Part shown: positions 36,345 to 46,700 of the stretch, piece by piece | Position numbering within the stretch: the first letter of the stretch is position 1 | Layout of the letters: every line of letters begins with the position of its first letter | Assembly (NCBI RefSeq): GCF_018350175.1 | Contig: NC_058382.1 | Coordinates: 58,592,001 to 58,656,000 of the forward strand | Direction: 5' to 3' | Source of the DNA: Felis catus | Lineage: Eukaryota | DNA length: 64,000 nucleotides | The notes under the pieces: model-generated | What the model saw: only the letters and a program-made list of their open reading frames with translations | The model's database searches: none | Told to the model about the DNA's origin: nothing | Position numbers and translations under genes: made by a program

Positions 36345-36537
36345 TATAACGTTTGATTTTTGAGAGAGCGCGGGAGTGGGGGAGGGGCAGAGAGCGGGGC
36401 GACACAGAACCAGGCTCCAGGCTCCAGGCTCGCAGCTATCGGCACAGAGCCCGACGCGGGGCTCGAACTCACAAACCACGAGACCACGGCCGGAGCTGAA
36501 GGCGGCCGCTCAACCCACTGAGCTACCCACGCGCCCC
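36345..36537 (-). mobile_element. Can-SINE, diverged and GC-shifted
   Basis: gggggaggggcagagag...caggctccaggctcc...cagagcccgacgcggggctcgaactcac...gcgcccc. Confidence 0.92.
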
Positions 36538-37179
36538 CGGGCGGATCGTCCTCCAAGCGCGTATCTGACTCCTACTTATGGGGAATCTTGCAAACCCGCT
36601 TGGGGGCAGCACCACAGCCATTGCGTTGGGTCCGCGATGATTTTGGAGAGTGAGAAGGGGGCGCAGATACTTCCTTACGCCCTTCAGGAGCCCAGGAAGA
36701 CGGCTATACCCCGTTTGTCCAGCAGAGGGCAACCCATTCCCGGCAGCTTGGCGTCCCGCGGAGCTCACAGGGGCTCGCTGCTTTTTTTTTTTTTTTCTCT
36801 TTGAACTTATTTTTTTTGTAATGGGAAATATCTTTTTTAAAAATCCCACAGTCCACACAAGGGGGAAAAAATAAGTGGATGTGATGCACAGGCAATTGGG
36901 AAATTGCTTCCTTCTAAGTTTCAAAGCAACTTTTCTCTTTTGAGAACACTTAGGGAGAGACCTGGGGCACGGGTCAGATTTTGACTGGCTCAGGCACGGA
37001 GCCTGGCACCTAAAGAGTTTTAAAAGTCCTACGAACCTGCGACAGCCCCTCTCTACTGGCCCGCTGGCTGGCGGCACGGTCACGGAGCCCTGTCGCTGGA
37101 GCTGAGCCCCCCCTGGAGATGTCTGCAGAGGATTCCAGGAGCCGCCCAGGCGGGGGAGGCAGGAAGCCTTGGCTGTGTG

Positions 37180-37305
37180 TCTGGTCTGGTACTAATTAGC
37201 TGTGTGACCTTGGGCAAGTCACTTAACCTCTCTGGTCTGTTTACTCTTCTGTTAAATGGGGTGTCGGATTAACTCATCGTGAAGTTCCTTTGAGCAGAAA
37301 AGTCA
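37180..37305 (+). mobile_element. MIR/MIR3 SINE with well-preserved core
   Basis: tagctgtgtgaccttgggcaagtcacttaacctctctg. Confidence 0.85.
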
Positions 37306-37439
37306 GTGGCGGGGGGGGGGGTGTGTGGGGAGAGCTGCTAGCCTGGGGCCCGAGAGCAGCTTAGGAGAGGTACCGCGTCAGCGCCCGTGACCCATGTGGG
37401 ACCTGGGGCAGACCCGGCAGATCGGACCTGCAGTCAGTG

Positions 37440-37610
37440 TGTGTGTCTGACTTTGAGTGCAGCTTGGCCCTGCCACTAATCCAGCGTGTGACTTCCAGTG
37501 GCTCGTTTCTCCGTGCCTCAGTCTACCCATCTGCAGGCTGGGGACGCGGGGCACATTTGCAGGCGTGCTGTGAGATCTCAGTGTGATAAGAGATGAGAGC
37601 GTGTGAGTGT
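37440..37610 (+). mobile_element. MIR SINE
   Basis: ggccctgccactaatccagcgtgtgactt...ccgtgcctcagtctacccatctgca...gctgtgagatctcagtgtgataa. Confidence 0.6.
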
Positions 37611-37663
37611 GTGTGTGTGTGATGATAGGGGACAGAGGAGAAAAGAGTCTCGTACATAATCTT

Positions 37664-37722
37664 CATCAGGGTGAAGATCACATAACGTACAATTAACCAT
37701 CGTAAAGCGTACAATTCTGTGA
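37664..37722 (-). mobile_element. Very short 5'-truncated L1 3' tip with possible 8-bp TSD
   Basis: cacataacgtacaattaaccatcgtaaagcgtacaattctgtg resembles the L1MA/MB antisense end; ataatctt at 37656 and 37723. Confidence 0.5.
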
Positions 37723-39729
37723 ATAATCTTTTAAGTAGAGCTTAAAAATAGGAAAACAATGGTGAGAACCCACTCCCTGTCAGGGTCTGTGCCAAACGCT
37801 TTGCTCACGTTGTGTCCTTCAATACAAGCCCACGGGGAAGGGACTTGGCAGGGAGGAAATGGACGCCCAGAGAGGTCGAGCGACTTTCCCCAAAGCGTCC
37901 AGCAGGGAGGCGGCAGGATGCTGGGGGGCGATGTGGGGCCACCCGCCCCCGCCCTCTCCCCCCAGCCCAGCTCAGGAGCCTTGGGAAGGCGGCCAGCAGG
38001 CCTGGGCGGGGCCTGGGATGACGGGCAGGACAGCGGGAGCCGAGGAAAGTCACTTGACCTTGTCATCCCTTCATTTCCTGCTCTGCCAAAGAGGAAATGT
38101 TTACACAGCGTCCCCACACAGAGGCTCCGCAGGCCTGGACTTGCGGTAATTAGCTGAACAATGAGGGTCCGGCGGCCGTGCCGCGGCCCAGGCCCTGGCC
38201 TGGGGGGTCAGGTGGCCGGGGGCCCCGCTCCTCACCCACAGGCTCGCCCCGTGACCCTGGGCACATCCCCCGCCCCTGGGCCTGGTTCTCGGGGTGGGGA
38301 AGGCCGGCGAGCGGGCCTCCGGGACCCCGCGAAGGCCCCGTGAGTGGGGAACACACCTGGTGGTGACGTGTGGGGCGGACGGCGCGTCTGTGAGCTCTCG
38401 TGTTCGGCCCCGAGGGTCCCTGGGCCAGCTCAACGCTTCGCCAGCAGTCACGAGATCTCCTTCCAGCGGTCTGTTGGCTCGTTAGTTAACGCGTCGATCA
38501 ATGGATCCATCAAGTGCCGAGCACACTGGGTGTTCTCTGAAGCGATGCTCCTCTTCCCAGCATGTAGAACGGTCCTTCGGGTGTGGCTGCCGGGCCGGGG
38601 ACCCCGTTTCCCAGATGATTTTGCATCCGGGGGGCGGGGGTCACGTGCCTGGCTCTCGCCCGCAGGAGCCACAGCGGGGAAGGAGGCTGCTGTTTCTTAC
38701 CGAGGTGTCCGGGGCGCGGGTCGTGTGCCGCGGGCGCTGTGCCTCTGCATCCCCTGGCTGGGTGCCACAGGGTCAGACACGGGGACAGCAAGGGCACAAA
38801 CTGGAGGGAGCCTGACCTCCTGAATACTTAGCACAGCCTCAGAGTCTGTGCCCACCCTGGAAATACGGCTGCGAACCACACAGAGAAGGTCCCTGTTCTG
38901 TGTGTGTGTGGGGGGGGGGGGGGTGGGGGGGGGCAGAAAAGGACACATTCAGGGCACAGGCAGCAGGATCATCAAGACCTTGTGAGTGTCGGGACCGGCC
39001 CTGGTTCTCCCAGAAGCCTTTGGATCTGTATGTCAGCGGGCCGGCAGCATGGTGTCTGGGAGCCCGGGCAACTCCAGTCCCCGGAAAGGCAGCGCCTTCT
39101 CTAAATATGGGTTATGGTATATACATCTGTCTCCTGTGAGTTGAGTTATTATGAGGCTTTGTGCCCTGGGCCAGTCCACTTAGGAATCATGGTTTGCAAT
39201 GCTAAAACCCTCATCTTAGGCAAAGGTGGACAAGGCAACGTTCAGTGGTGAGCCCCCCGACCCCCGGCCGCAGTTAGTGCATCAGTGAGAGGCATCTCGG
39301 TCTGCCTACAACCCCGGAATCTGGGCCTGTGTTGTCTGCAATATCCCACGCAAGGCTCCTGGGAGACACTCAGTGAGTATTTAAGAAAGCTTGGTTGCAG
39401 TTTCGCAGTCCCTGTCCTTGGAGGTGTGTCCAGAGGTGGTGTTTTCATTTTACTCCCCACCAGGGGGAGACCCTGGGGCGAGGGCGTGTGCACGTTGCAT
39501 GTTTGGGACGACATCAGCAGGGCAGTGGGGAGGTGAGACGAGGCAACCCGGAGAGGCATCGAGGTGGCCCCCCGTGGGCTCCTGGCGCCTGGTCCTGCTG
39601 GGGTCCTACAGGAGAGGGTGTGACACACGGTCCCCACGGATGTCCCATCCAAGGGACTCCCATCTGCCCCCGGCTGAGAGCATTCCCAGCCCCTGCAGCT
39701 TGCCCTGTGCTCCGCTGGAGCGGCTGCTT

Positions 39730-40176
39730 CTGGATGTCTGTGACCGATTCACAAAGCAGGGCCTTAAGAACAGCAGAAATTTATTCTCTCATATATTTTT
39801 AAAAATTTTTTAACGTGTATTTATTTTTGAGAGACAGAGATGAGCAGGGGAGGGTCAGAGAGAGAGGGAGACACAGAATCCGAAGCAGCTCCAGGCTCCG
39901 AGCTGTCAGCACGGAGCCTGACGCGGGGCTTGAACCCATGAACCGTGAGATCGTGACCTGAGCCGGAGTTGGAGGCCCAGCCTGCAGAGTGCGTCCGTGT
40001 CTCCGTGTTCACACCGCCCTCCTCTGAGGACCACGGCGGTCGGGCTCATGGCCGGTGCTGACCCAGTACAACCTCACTTAACTAGTTCCACCGGCAAAAC
40101 CCCTATTTCCGAATAAGGTCACGTTCACAGGTTCTGGTCGGACGTGCACTCTGAGGGGACACTCTTTAACCCAGGA
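39730..40176 (-). mobile_element. MLT1-family LTR, internally deleted and interrupted by a SINE
   Basis: aacagcagaaatttattctctca | SINE | gttggaggcc...ccctatttccgaataaggtcacgttcacagg...ggggacac. Confidence 0.7.
39796..39973 (-). mobile_element. 5'-truncated Can-SINE
   Basis: Tail and body present; ends at gacctgagccggagttgga and lacks the head. Confidence 0.93.
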
Positions 40177-40499
40177 CGTGAAGCCCCCGGGCGTGGGGAC
40201 ACTGGCCCTGGCAGGTGGGAGTTTTGAGCACTGACAGGAGGGGTCCCTGGGGTGGGCCTCTGCCTGTGTCCGCTCAGACCAGGAGCCCAAGTCACGGGGT
40301 GTCAGCTGGGGGCTCGGTGGTCAGGGAGCTCCTTCTGGAGCAATCCTTGCTTTCGAGCCAACGACCTCTCCTTCGGATGACCACGTTCCCCTTCCCTTAG
40401 GTCAGTGGCACCGACTGGACTCCAGGGGATGCATGTTAAGATGACACATTGCACGTCTACACCTCTAGCCCCTCTGTGGGTCGAGAGGAGTTTAGCATC

Positions 40500-40690
40500 T
40501 CACACACCGACCGCGAGCCCAGGCTCCACCACTCACTGGCTGTGTGTTCCTGGGCAAGTTACCCAACCTCTCTGGGCCTCGGCTTCCTCATCTATTAAAT
40601 GGGATTGCTGCATAGCACCCATTTGGCAGGGCTTCTGGGACGATGGATGAGACCACGTATGTAAGGGGCTCGGTGGCACGGGGTCGGCTC
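40500..40690 (+). mobile_element. MIR SINE
   Basis: cccaggctccaccactcactggctgtgtgttcctgggcaagttacccaacctctctgggcctcggcttcctcatctattaaatggg. Confidence 0.8.
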
Positions 40691-41699
40691 TTGTCTGCCC
40701 GTGTGTGGGTTCGTGCTTGCGGCCGGACCTGCAGGACGGCTCTGAGTCTCGCCCCCACCCCGGGGCCGCCTGGGGGCAAGGGCCTCTCCGGGAGACTGCC
40801 TCCAGGGTGCCCCTCCATCATCTCCCCCTGCCCGGTTTCTCTGCCGGGGGCCCCGCAGCGGGGGAAGGGCTGGCCCTCTCTCCATACTCCGTCCCACCTT
40901 CCCGCAGGCCCCGGACAGATGCCCACGTGTGGAACACACGGGAAACGCGAATCCACCCTGGGCAGCGTGGCCACACCGGTGCTCTTTCCCGAGCGACTCA
41001 GCGCAGGAGCGGCCACCCTTGGTTTCCAAGCCAGGCTGGGCCTTTTCGGAGCGTGGGTCCCCGGGCAGGTGACGGGACAGCTGGGCTCCGGCTTCAGCTC
41101 AGGCAGAGTCTGTGGCTGTTGGCTCCTGGTCACGCCGTCCCCACGTGTGCCCAAGGTGCGGCACCGGCCAGCAGCCTTCCCGGAGCAGAGTGGCACGGCC
41201 CTGTGCCAGGGTCCCCGGGCCTCTCGGGCAAGCGACGCCGAGATCTGACGCTCTGGTGGAGCAACTTGGTGCCCGCCTCGAGTGACACGCGTTCTGATTT
41301 TCGAGATAAAGCCCAGACCTGGCGGGGCTGTGGCCAACCCCGATTCTGCCTCGTCCTCGAGCACGGCCTTGGCCTCTGTGGCGTCGTCCCAGGAACCGAG
41401 CCACTGGCGCTTGCTCTCTGTGCAATTATTTGAATGTGCTTTTCAAAAGGCCCCGTTTGCATCCAGCCAGGGAACTCGTCCTTCGCGCCACAAGGTAGCA
41501 TCGGTGACGTCTGGCGGAGGGATAACCGTTCGTCACGGCTGCCGCTGCTTAAACACGGCATTCTCTCGTCAGACCCTTGATTCCGGCCCTGGGGGTGGGC
41601 GAGCCCGGGACTCAGCTCTTAGAGCCGCTCCGCTGTGTTGTGGTTGACGACTGGCCCTGCCCCGAGCCCCTGATGCCTGTTCTGCGCGAGTTGTTTGGC

Positions 41700-41835
41700 G
41701 CTTTGAATATCACCCTTTCAGGAGGGTAAATGTTATCCCATTTCTCAGATGGGAAAGTGGAGGCTTAGGCAAATAAGGCAGCCGGCCCAGGATCCCCTAC
41801 CGAGGGAGGGGAAGAGCCAGATTCCACTCCCGAGT
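41700..41835 (-). mobile_element. MIR SINE
   Basis: gttatcccatttctcagatgggaaagtggaggcttag. Confidence 0.6.
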
Positions 41836-42314
41836 CCGGGAACGCAGGGAGAAATCTTCCCTCTTACGAGAGAGACCCGCCGTCACCTCCCCTGAGCAGG
41901 GTGTCCTGTCCCTCCGTCTCACATGCGCCGGTGGCCTGGGGATCCCAGCTACGGGAGGCAAAGGGGCTCTGGGAGGTTTGGGGAAAGCTCATTCGGGGTT
42001 TTTCCTTTAGGTGAACAGGCCTTCAGGACCGACCTTGAGACAAAACTTGAGATTCCGGAGGGGAAACTCCAGAGCCGCCAGGAACACTGGCTGACGGGGG
42101 TGTGTTGGGATCCGAGTGGGGATCACAGTGGCATGAGGTCAGATTCCATACGGATGTCCCACATGGGCTCCTCGTAGCACAGGTTGAGGGTGCAGCGAGA
42201 GCGGAGGGGCGGTGTGTGTCCTCGGGGGTGGGTTTGGGTCCCCAGAAGCAGAGCCTGAGGCAAGGATGCGGTACAGGTAGCCTCAAGGGGGTGGGGAGGG
42301 TGGCCCAGGAAGTC

Positions 42315-42675
42315 TGTGGTCAGCGGAATACTGGCCCCCGAGGATGCCTCCGCTTGAATCCCTGGAACCTGCAAGTACGTGACCTTACATGGCAAAGGGG
42401 ACTTTGCAGGTGGGATTAGGTTCCAGAGTTTAAAACAGGGAGAGTGTCTTGGGTGATTTGAGCAGGCACAGCGTCACTGCAAGGATCCCTGAAGGAAGGG
42501 AGAGGGAGAGGGTTGAGGCTGTCACCGCCAGCTCCGAAGGTGGAGAGAGAGGCCTCGAAGCACGGGGTGCAGGCGCCTCCAGAACCAGAAAGAGAGGAGG
42601 GAACGGGTCCCCCCTACGGCGTCCAGAAGGAGCGCAGCCTGGTGGACATGTTGAGGTTGGGACTTCTGGAAGCCC
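42315..42675 (+). mobile_element. MLT1D-like MaLR LTR
   Basis: tgtggtcagcggaatactggcccc...aatccctggaacctg...ccttacatggcaaaggggactttgcagg...ccagaaggagcgcagcc. Confidence 0.8.
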
Positions 42676-43479
42676 GTGGCCGCTTCTTGCCCACGCAGGG
42701 CCCGGGCAGGGCCGAGGGGAAGGGAGACAGGCAGGGAGAGGGGCCAAAGGGTTCGTTAACAGAGCTTATTGATAACTGTGCGAGGCACAAGCCCCACGCA
42801 GGACTCGATGAGGAACCGACCAGACCGCACCAGCCGATGTGCTCAGGACGCCCGTCGCCCGTCTGTGCTGCGGGGCGGCTCCTGGAGCCCCCAGGCCGCC
42901 CTCTGCAGGGCTGGCGCGGTCCCCTGGCCCAGGCTGAGAAGCAGGGACACGCGGCCACAGTGGGGCGGGGCGGGGTGGGGTGGGGGGGGGACACAGGTCG
43001 CAGAGGGGCCGAGGGCGGGGCACCCAAGTGCCCTGTCTCTGTTCCCCTGGTGCTAGTTACAAATATTCTCCTTTACGTAGTTGCTGTAGAAGACATTTAA
43101 AGGTGCAAAAGGAAACCCAGCCTCAGTAATAAGTCCCGGAAAGTGATGGATTCGATGGTTAATTCTGAAGTTCTTTCTAACGAGCCTTAACATAAACCGT
43201 CAAAACAAAAGGTTTGCCCACTGACCACCTAAAATCACTTCCTGTTACCACCCAAGGATCCATGCTGTGCATTTTAAACGCTGCATTATCTTCTCTGTGT
43301 CCCAAGAACAACCCATTCTATGGGTGGGGAACTGGGGTCAGAGAGGTTAAGCGATTCTCTTGAGGACACACAGGAGACAGCTGAGCCAACAGATGCCCCG
43401 GCCTCCAAAGCCTGTAATCTGTGTACCACCCCGTGCACTGCCTAAGGATAATGGTCACGTGGGCCATCTGGCTTGGCAG

Positions 43480-43700
43480 CAGGCAATGTTCCAAGTGTCC
43501 CAAACAGAGCAAGGCATCACATCCCTGCCACAGCCACCATAGCTCCCCAAGATTTTGTGTTATCTCACGTATGGTAGCAACAGGTATCACTAGCTCCACT
43601 TTTCAGAGGCGGAAAGGAAGGCACAGAGAGTTTAAGTCACTTGCCCAAGGTCACACAGCACGGCTGGTCCCCGCAGGGTTTCAGGTCTAGCCACTGTCCC
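43480..43700 (-). mobile_element. MIR SINE
   Basis: ccacttttcagaggcggaaa..aggcacagagagtttaagtcacttgcccaaggtcacacagc. Confidence 0.8.
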
Positions 43701-46700
43701 CAAGACACAGAGTTCCAGGAAGTGGCTCTCAACTTACTCTGCTCAGGGGAGGACCCCAGTTTTGCGTTGGAGGCACACGCACAGGGGGCGCCCCAGACCC
43801 TGCCGTGGAGCTGCCTGGGATCCTCTGGGGTGGCTGGGCGCCTCGGTCTTGCTGCTCTGAAGTGTTCCGTGCCACGGAACAACCCAGGGGCCCGTCCATC
43901 GCACGGTGCGGGCGGTGAGCATCCGGGGGTTACCGGTTCTCGGCTGCAGCGAGCATTCTTGCACGCGGGGCTTTGCGCCCACACGTACGCGTTCGACCAC
44001 AGGGACCCAGGGTGGGCGTGCGCTCGGCTGGAGCAGAAGTGCCCCGGGTGCTCTGGCTGTTTCCAAGGCCCCGGTGTGCCCCTTTGCCCGCAAAGCAATC
44101 ACCCTCCGAGCCATCTGACTCACACGGGGTGTGGATGACGGGGAAGGTGCTATTTTTGAGAGCGGGTCTGGGTGGGAGAAGGTTAGACACTCGATACGTG
44201 GCGAGGGAAAAAACGCGAAAGAGGGAGAGAGAAGGGAGGACCCGCTGTGTCGGCCGGCACTTTGCCCTGGGACTGTGCGTGCGACGTGGGGTCGAAGGCA
44301 GGGAGGGCACGTGCCAGTGGACGGCTGGGCGTCGGGGGCGGGAGGTCCCAGCTTGCAGCCCCGGAGCATCCCCAGGTTGGCAGGGGTGGGAGGAGGGCCC
44401 GGGTCCCCACGGAGCCCAGACGCCCGCTGTACCAGGGACACCTCCTCTCCACGGACGAGCTTGTAGTGTTAGTTTGAGTGCGCCGAAAAGAAGGCAGGCT
44501 CCCGCCGGGGTCCCCCCAGTCCTGCCCGCCAGGAGCTAAGGGATTTCTGTGTCTGGGGGGCCTGGTCAGGATGCGCGTGCACAGCCCAGCAGTGATGGCC
44601 TGAGGCCGATGGACGCCCGTCCTCGTTCAAAGATCTGACGACGTGTCGCCCGGTGGGCCGCAGGCGTCCGAGGGGGCGGGCGCGCGGCCAGAGGCAAGGA
44701 CCCGGCTGGAAGGGAGCCGCGTCCGGTGGCGGAGGGACCGTGACACCCCAGAGCTGACTCCGCTGGGGAGGGTTCGGGGCCGTTCTGTCTTTCATCAGAT
44801 TCCGTTACTTTTCTCGTTAAAGAGGACGTGACATAAAACGCAGGGAAGTGCGGTTAAGGGGAAGGAGTGTCGGCAGGTGCAGCCGCCCGCGTGGGCCCCA
44901 CCCGCCGGCAGCCTCTGCCCCCTCCCTGCCCTGGGTCGCCGGTCGGGTGGGCGCTGCCCTGCTCCCGGAGCGCGCGGGGGCCTGGCCCGCTGGCCCATGT
45001 GGTCTCCTGCTCTGTGAGCACCCGGTGGGGCGGGCTTCCCCCTGGGGTCTCGCCTGCCCCCCACTGCTGGTGCTGTGGTCACCCCCAAACACACTGCTCG
45101 TTCCCGGAGCCTTGTCTCGGGGTCGCCTCCAGGGGGGCCGGTGTCCGTCCTGTGTGCGTCGTCTGGTGGTCCTGGCACGATTTCCGGAGCCCTCGTCCCC
45201 GTGGCGGGGGTGGGGGGGGGCCTCCGGTGCTGGACATCGCTGAACTCGAGGCTTCCCTGATCCGGCTTCCCGTGGTGCCTGTGTTCGCCTCTGCAGCGAG
45301 CAGGTGCACCAAAGGCGCCTGGTCCGCTCGGCGGCTGGGCTTCCTTTCCAGGCGTCCACGGCCCGTCCCAGCTCCCTCTAATCTGCACCCTCCCCTCTGC
45401 CTCTTTTCTCTTGCGTTTGGTTGTTTCAACTTTTGGTCTCATTTCAAACGCAAAGACAAGTACCGATCAGGACGGCGATGCCAGCTGCTGTCACCCTCTC
45501 CCGACGGAGAGGAGCAGGGGAGCAGCCACTGTCCCCCCCGGGCGACGGATGGGGAGACTGCGCCGGGGAAGCCCCGCCGGGGAGGGCAGGCAGCGCACGG
45601 CCAGCGCCCCGCGCGGCCACATCGTTCTCTTTGCACCCGTCGGAGGGGAGCTCCAGATTCGCCGTCACAGACGCAGGGGCGAAGCACCTGTCCGGAGGTC
45701 GTGCTGAGCTGCGGTTACACCCCCGCGGGACCCGGCCGGTGTGGCCGTGCCCTCCCGAGTCACCGAGTCACCTGGGCAAGGTGACCGTGCCTCTGCGCCC
45801 TCGAGTCCTGGCTGGGGAGAGGCGCGGAGCCGGCCTCCGTGGCTGCCGGCGGGGGTAGACTGATGATGCCACGCCGTGCCTGGCCCCAGGCGGCACCCCG
45901 GAGCCCTGCCGGCGTGGGCTCAGCAGAGCGCAGAGCCGGCCCCCGCCTGGCCCTCCCCCTGACTGGGCATCACCAGCCAGGCGGGCGTGTGGAGGAGGGG
46001 AGAGGCTCCCCGTCTGCTATCTTAATCCCCTGAGGCGGTGAGAAAAATGGCCTTGTGGGAAGGGCCTCCTGTGCACATTCCTGAGGAGGCCCCGTGCGGG
46101 CCCGGCAGGGTGGTCTCTCCCCCGGAGGCCCCACGGGACGCCCACCCGGCCCCCACCCCCCACCGCACTGCCTGTCGGGTGAGATCCCGCGCGCTGGTGG
46201 GAGAAGACAACGTCCCCGTCCGCCCAAGGCTTCGGAGGCGGCTCAGTGGTGCCATCTGTGAAATGGAGAGAACGGTGCTGGCCTGGCGGGGCGTGGCTGG
46301 AACGGCTCGTACGTCCCCACACCTGCCTGCCCTTCCTCTGTGTCGACACACCCCAATCCTAAGCAAGGGCAGGGGCCACCCCAAATAAATGCTGTTTGCC
46401 GCGCCTCCTTGCAACCGGGGTGGCCGTGTGACAGAGCGCGGGTCAGCGGGTCCGAGGATGTGGCTCTGGGTGGGCCCGGAGCCTGCAGCCCTACCGGGGC
46501 GGGGGGTGCACGGTGGCTGGGGGGCTGCTCTGGGCCGGGGGATGAGGACAACGCCCTGGCGAGGGGACCCTGGCCCACCGTGCCCTTAGGGCAGCAGAGT
46601 TGGCCTCTGTGGCCGAGAGAAGCGACTCCCGTGTCTTGGGGTCCCTCTGAGACACAGCTCGACCCACCTCCTGCCCGGTGGGGACTCCCGAGCCCGAGTT

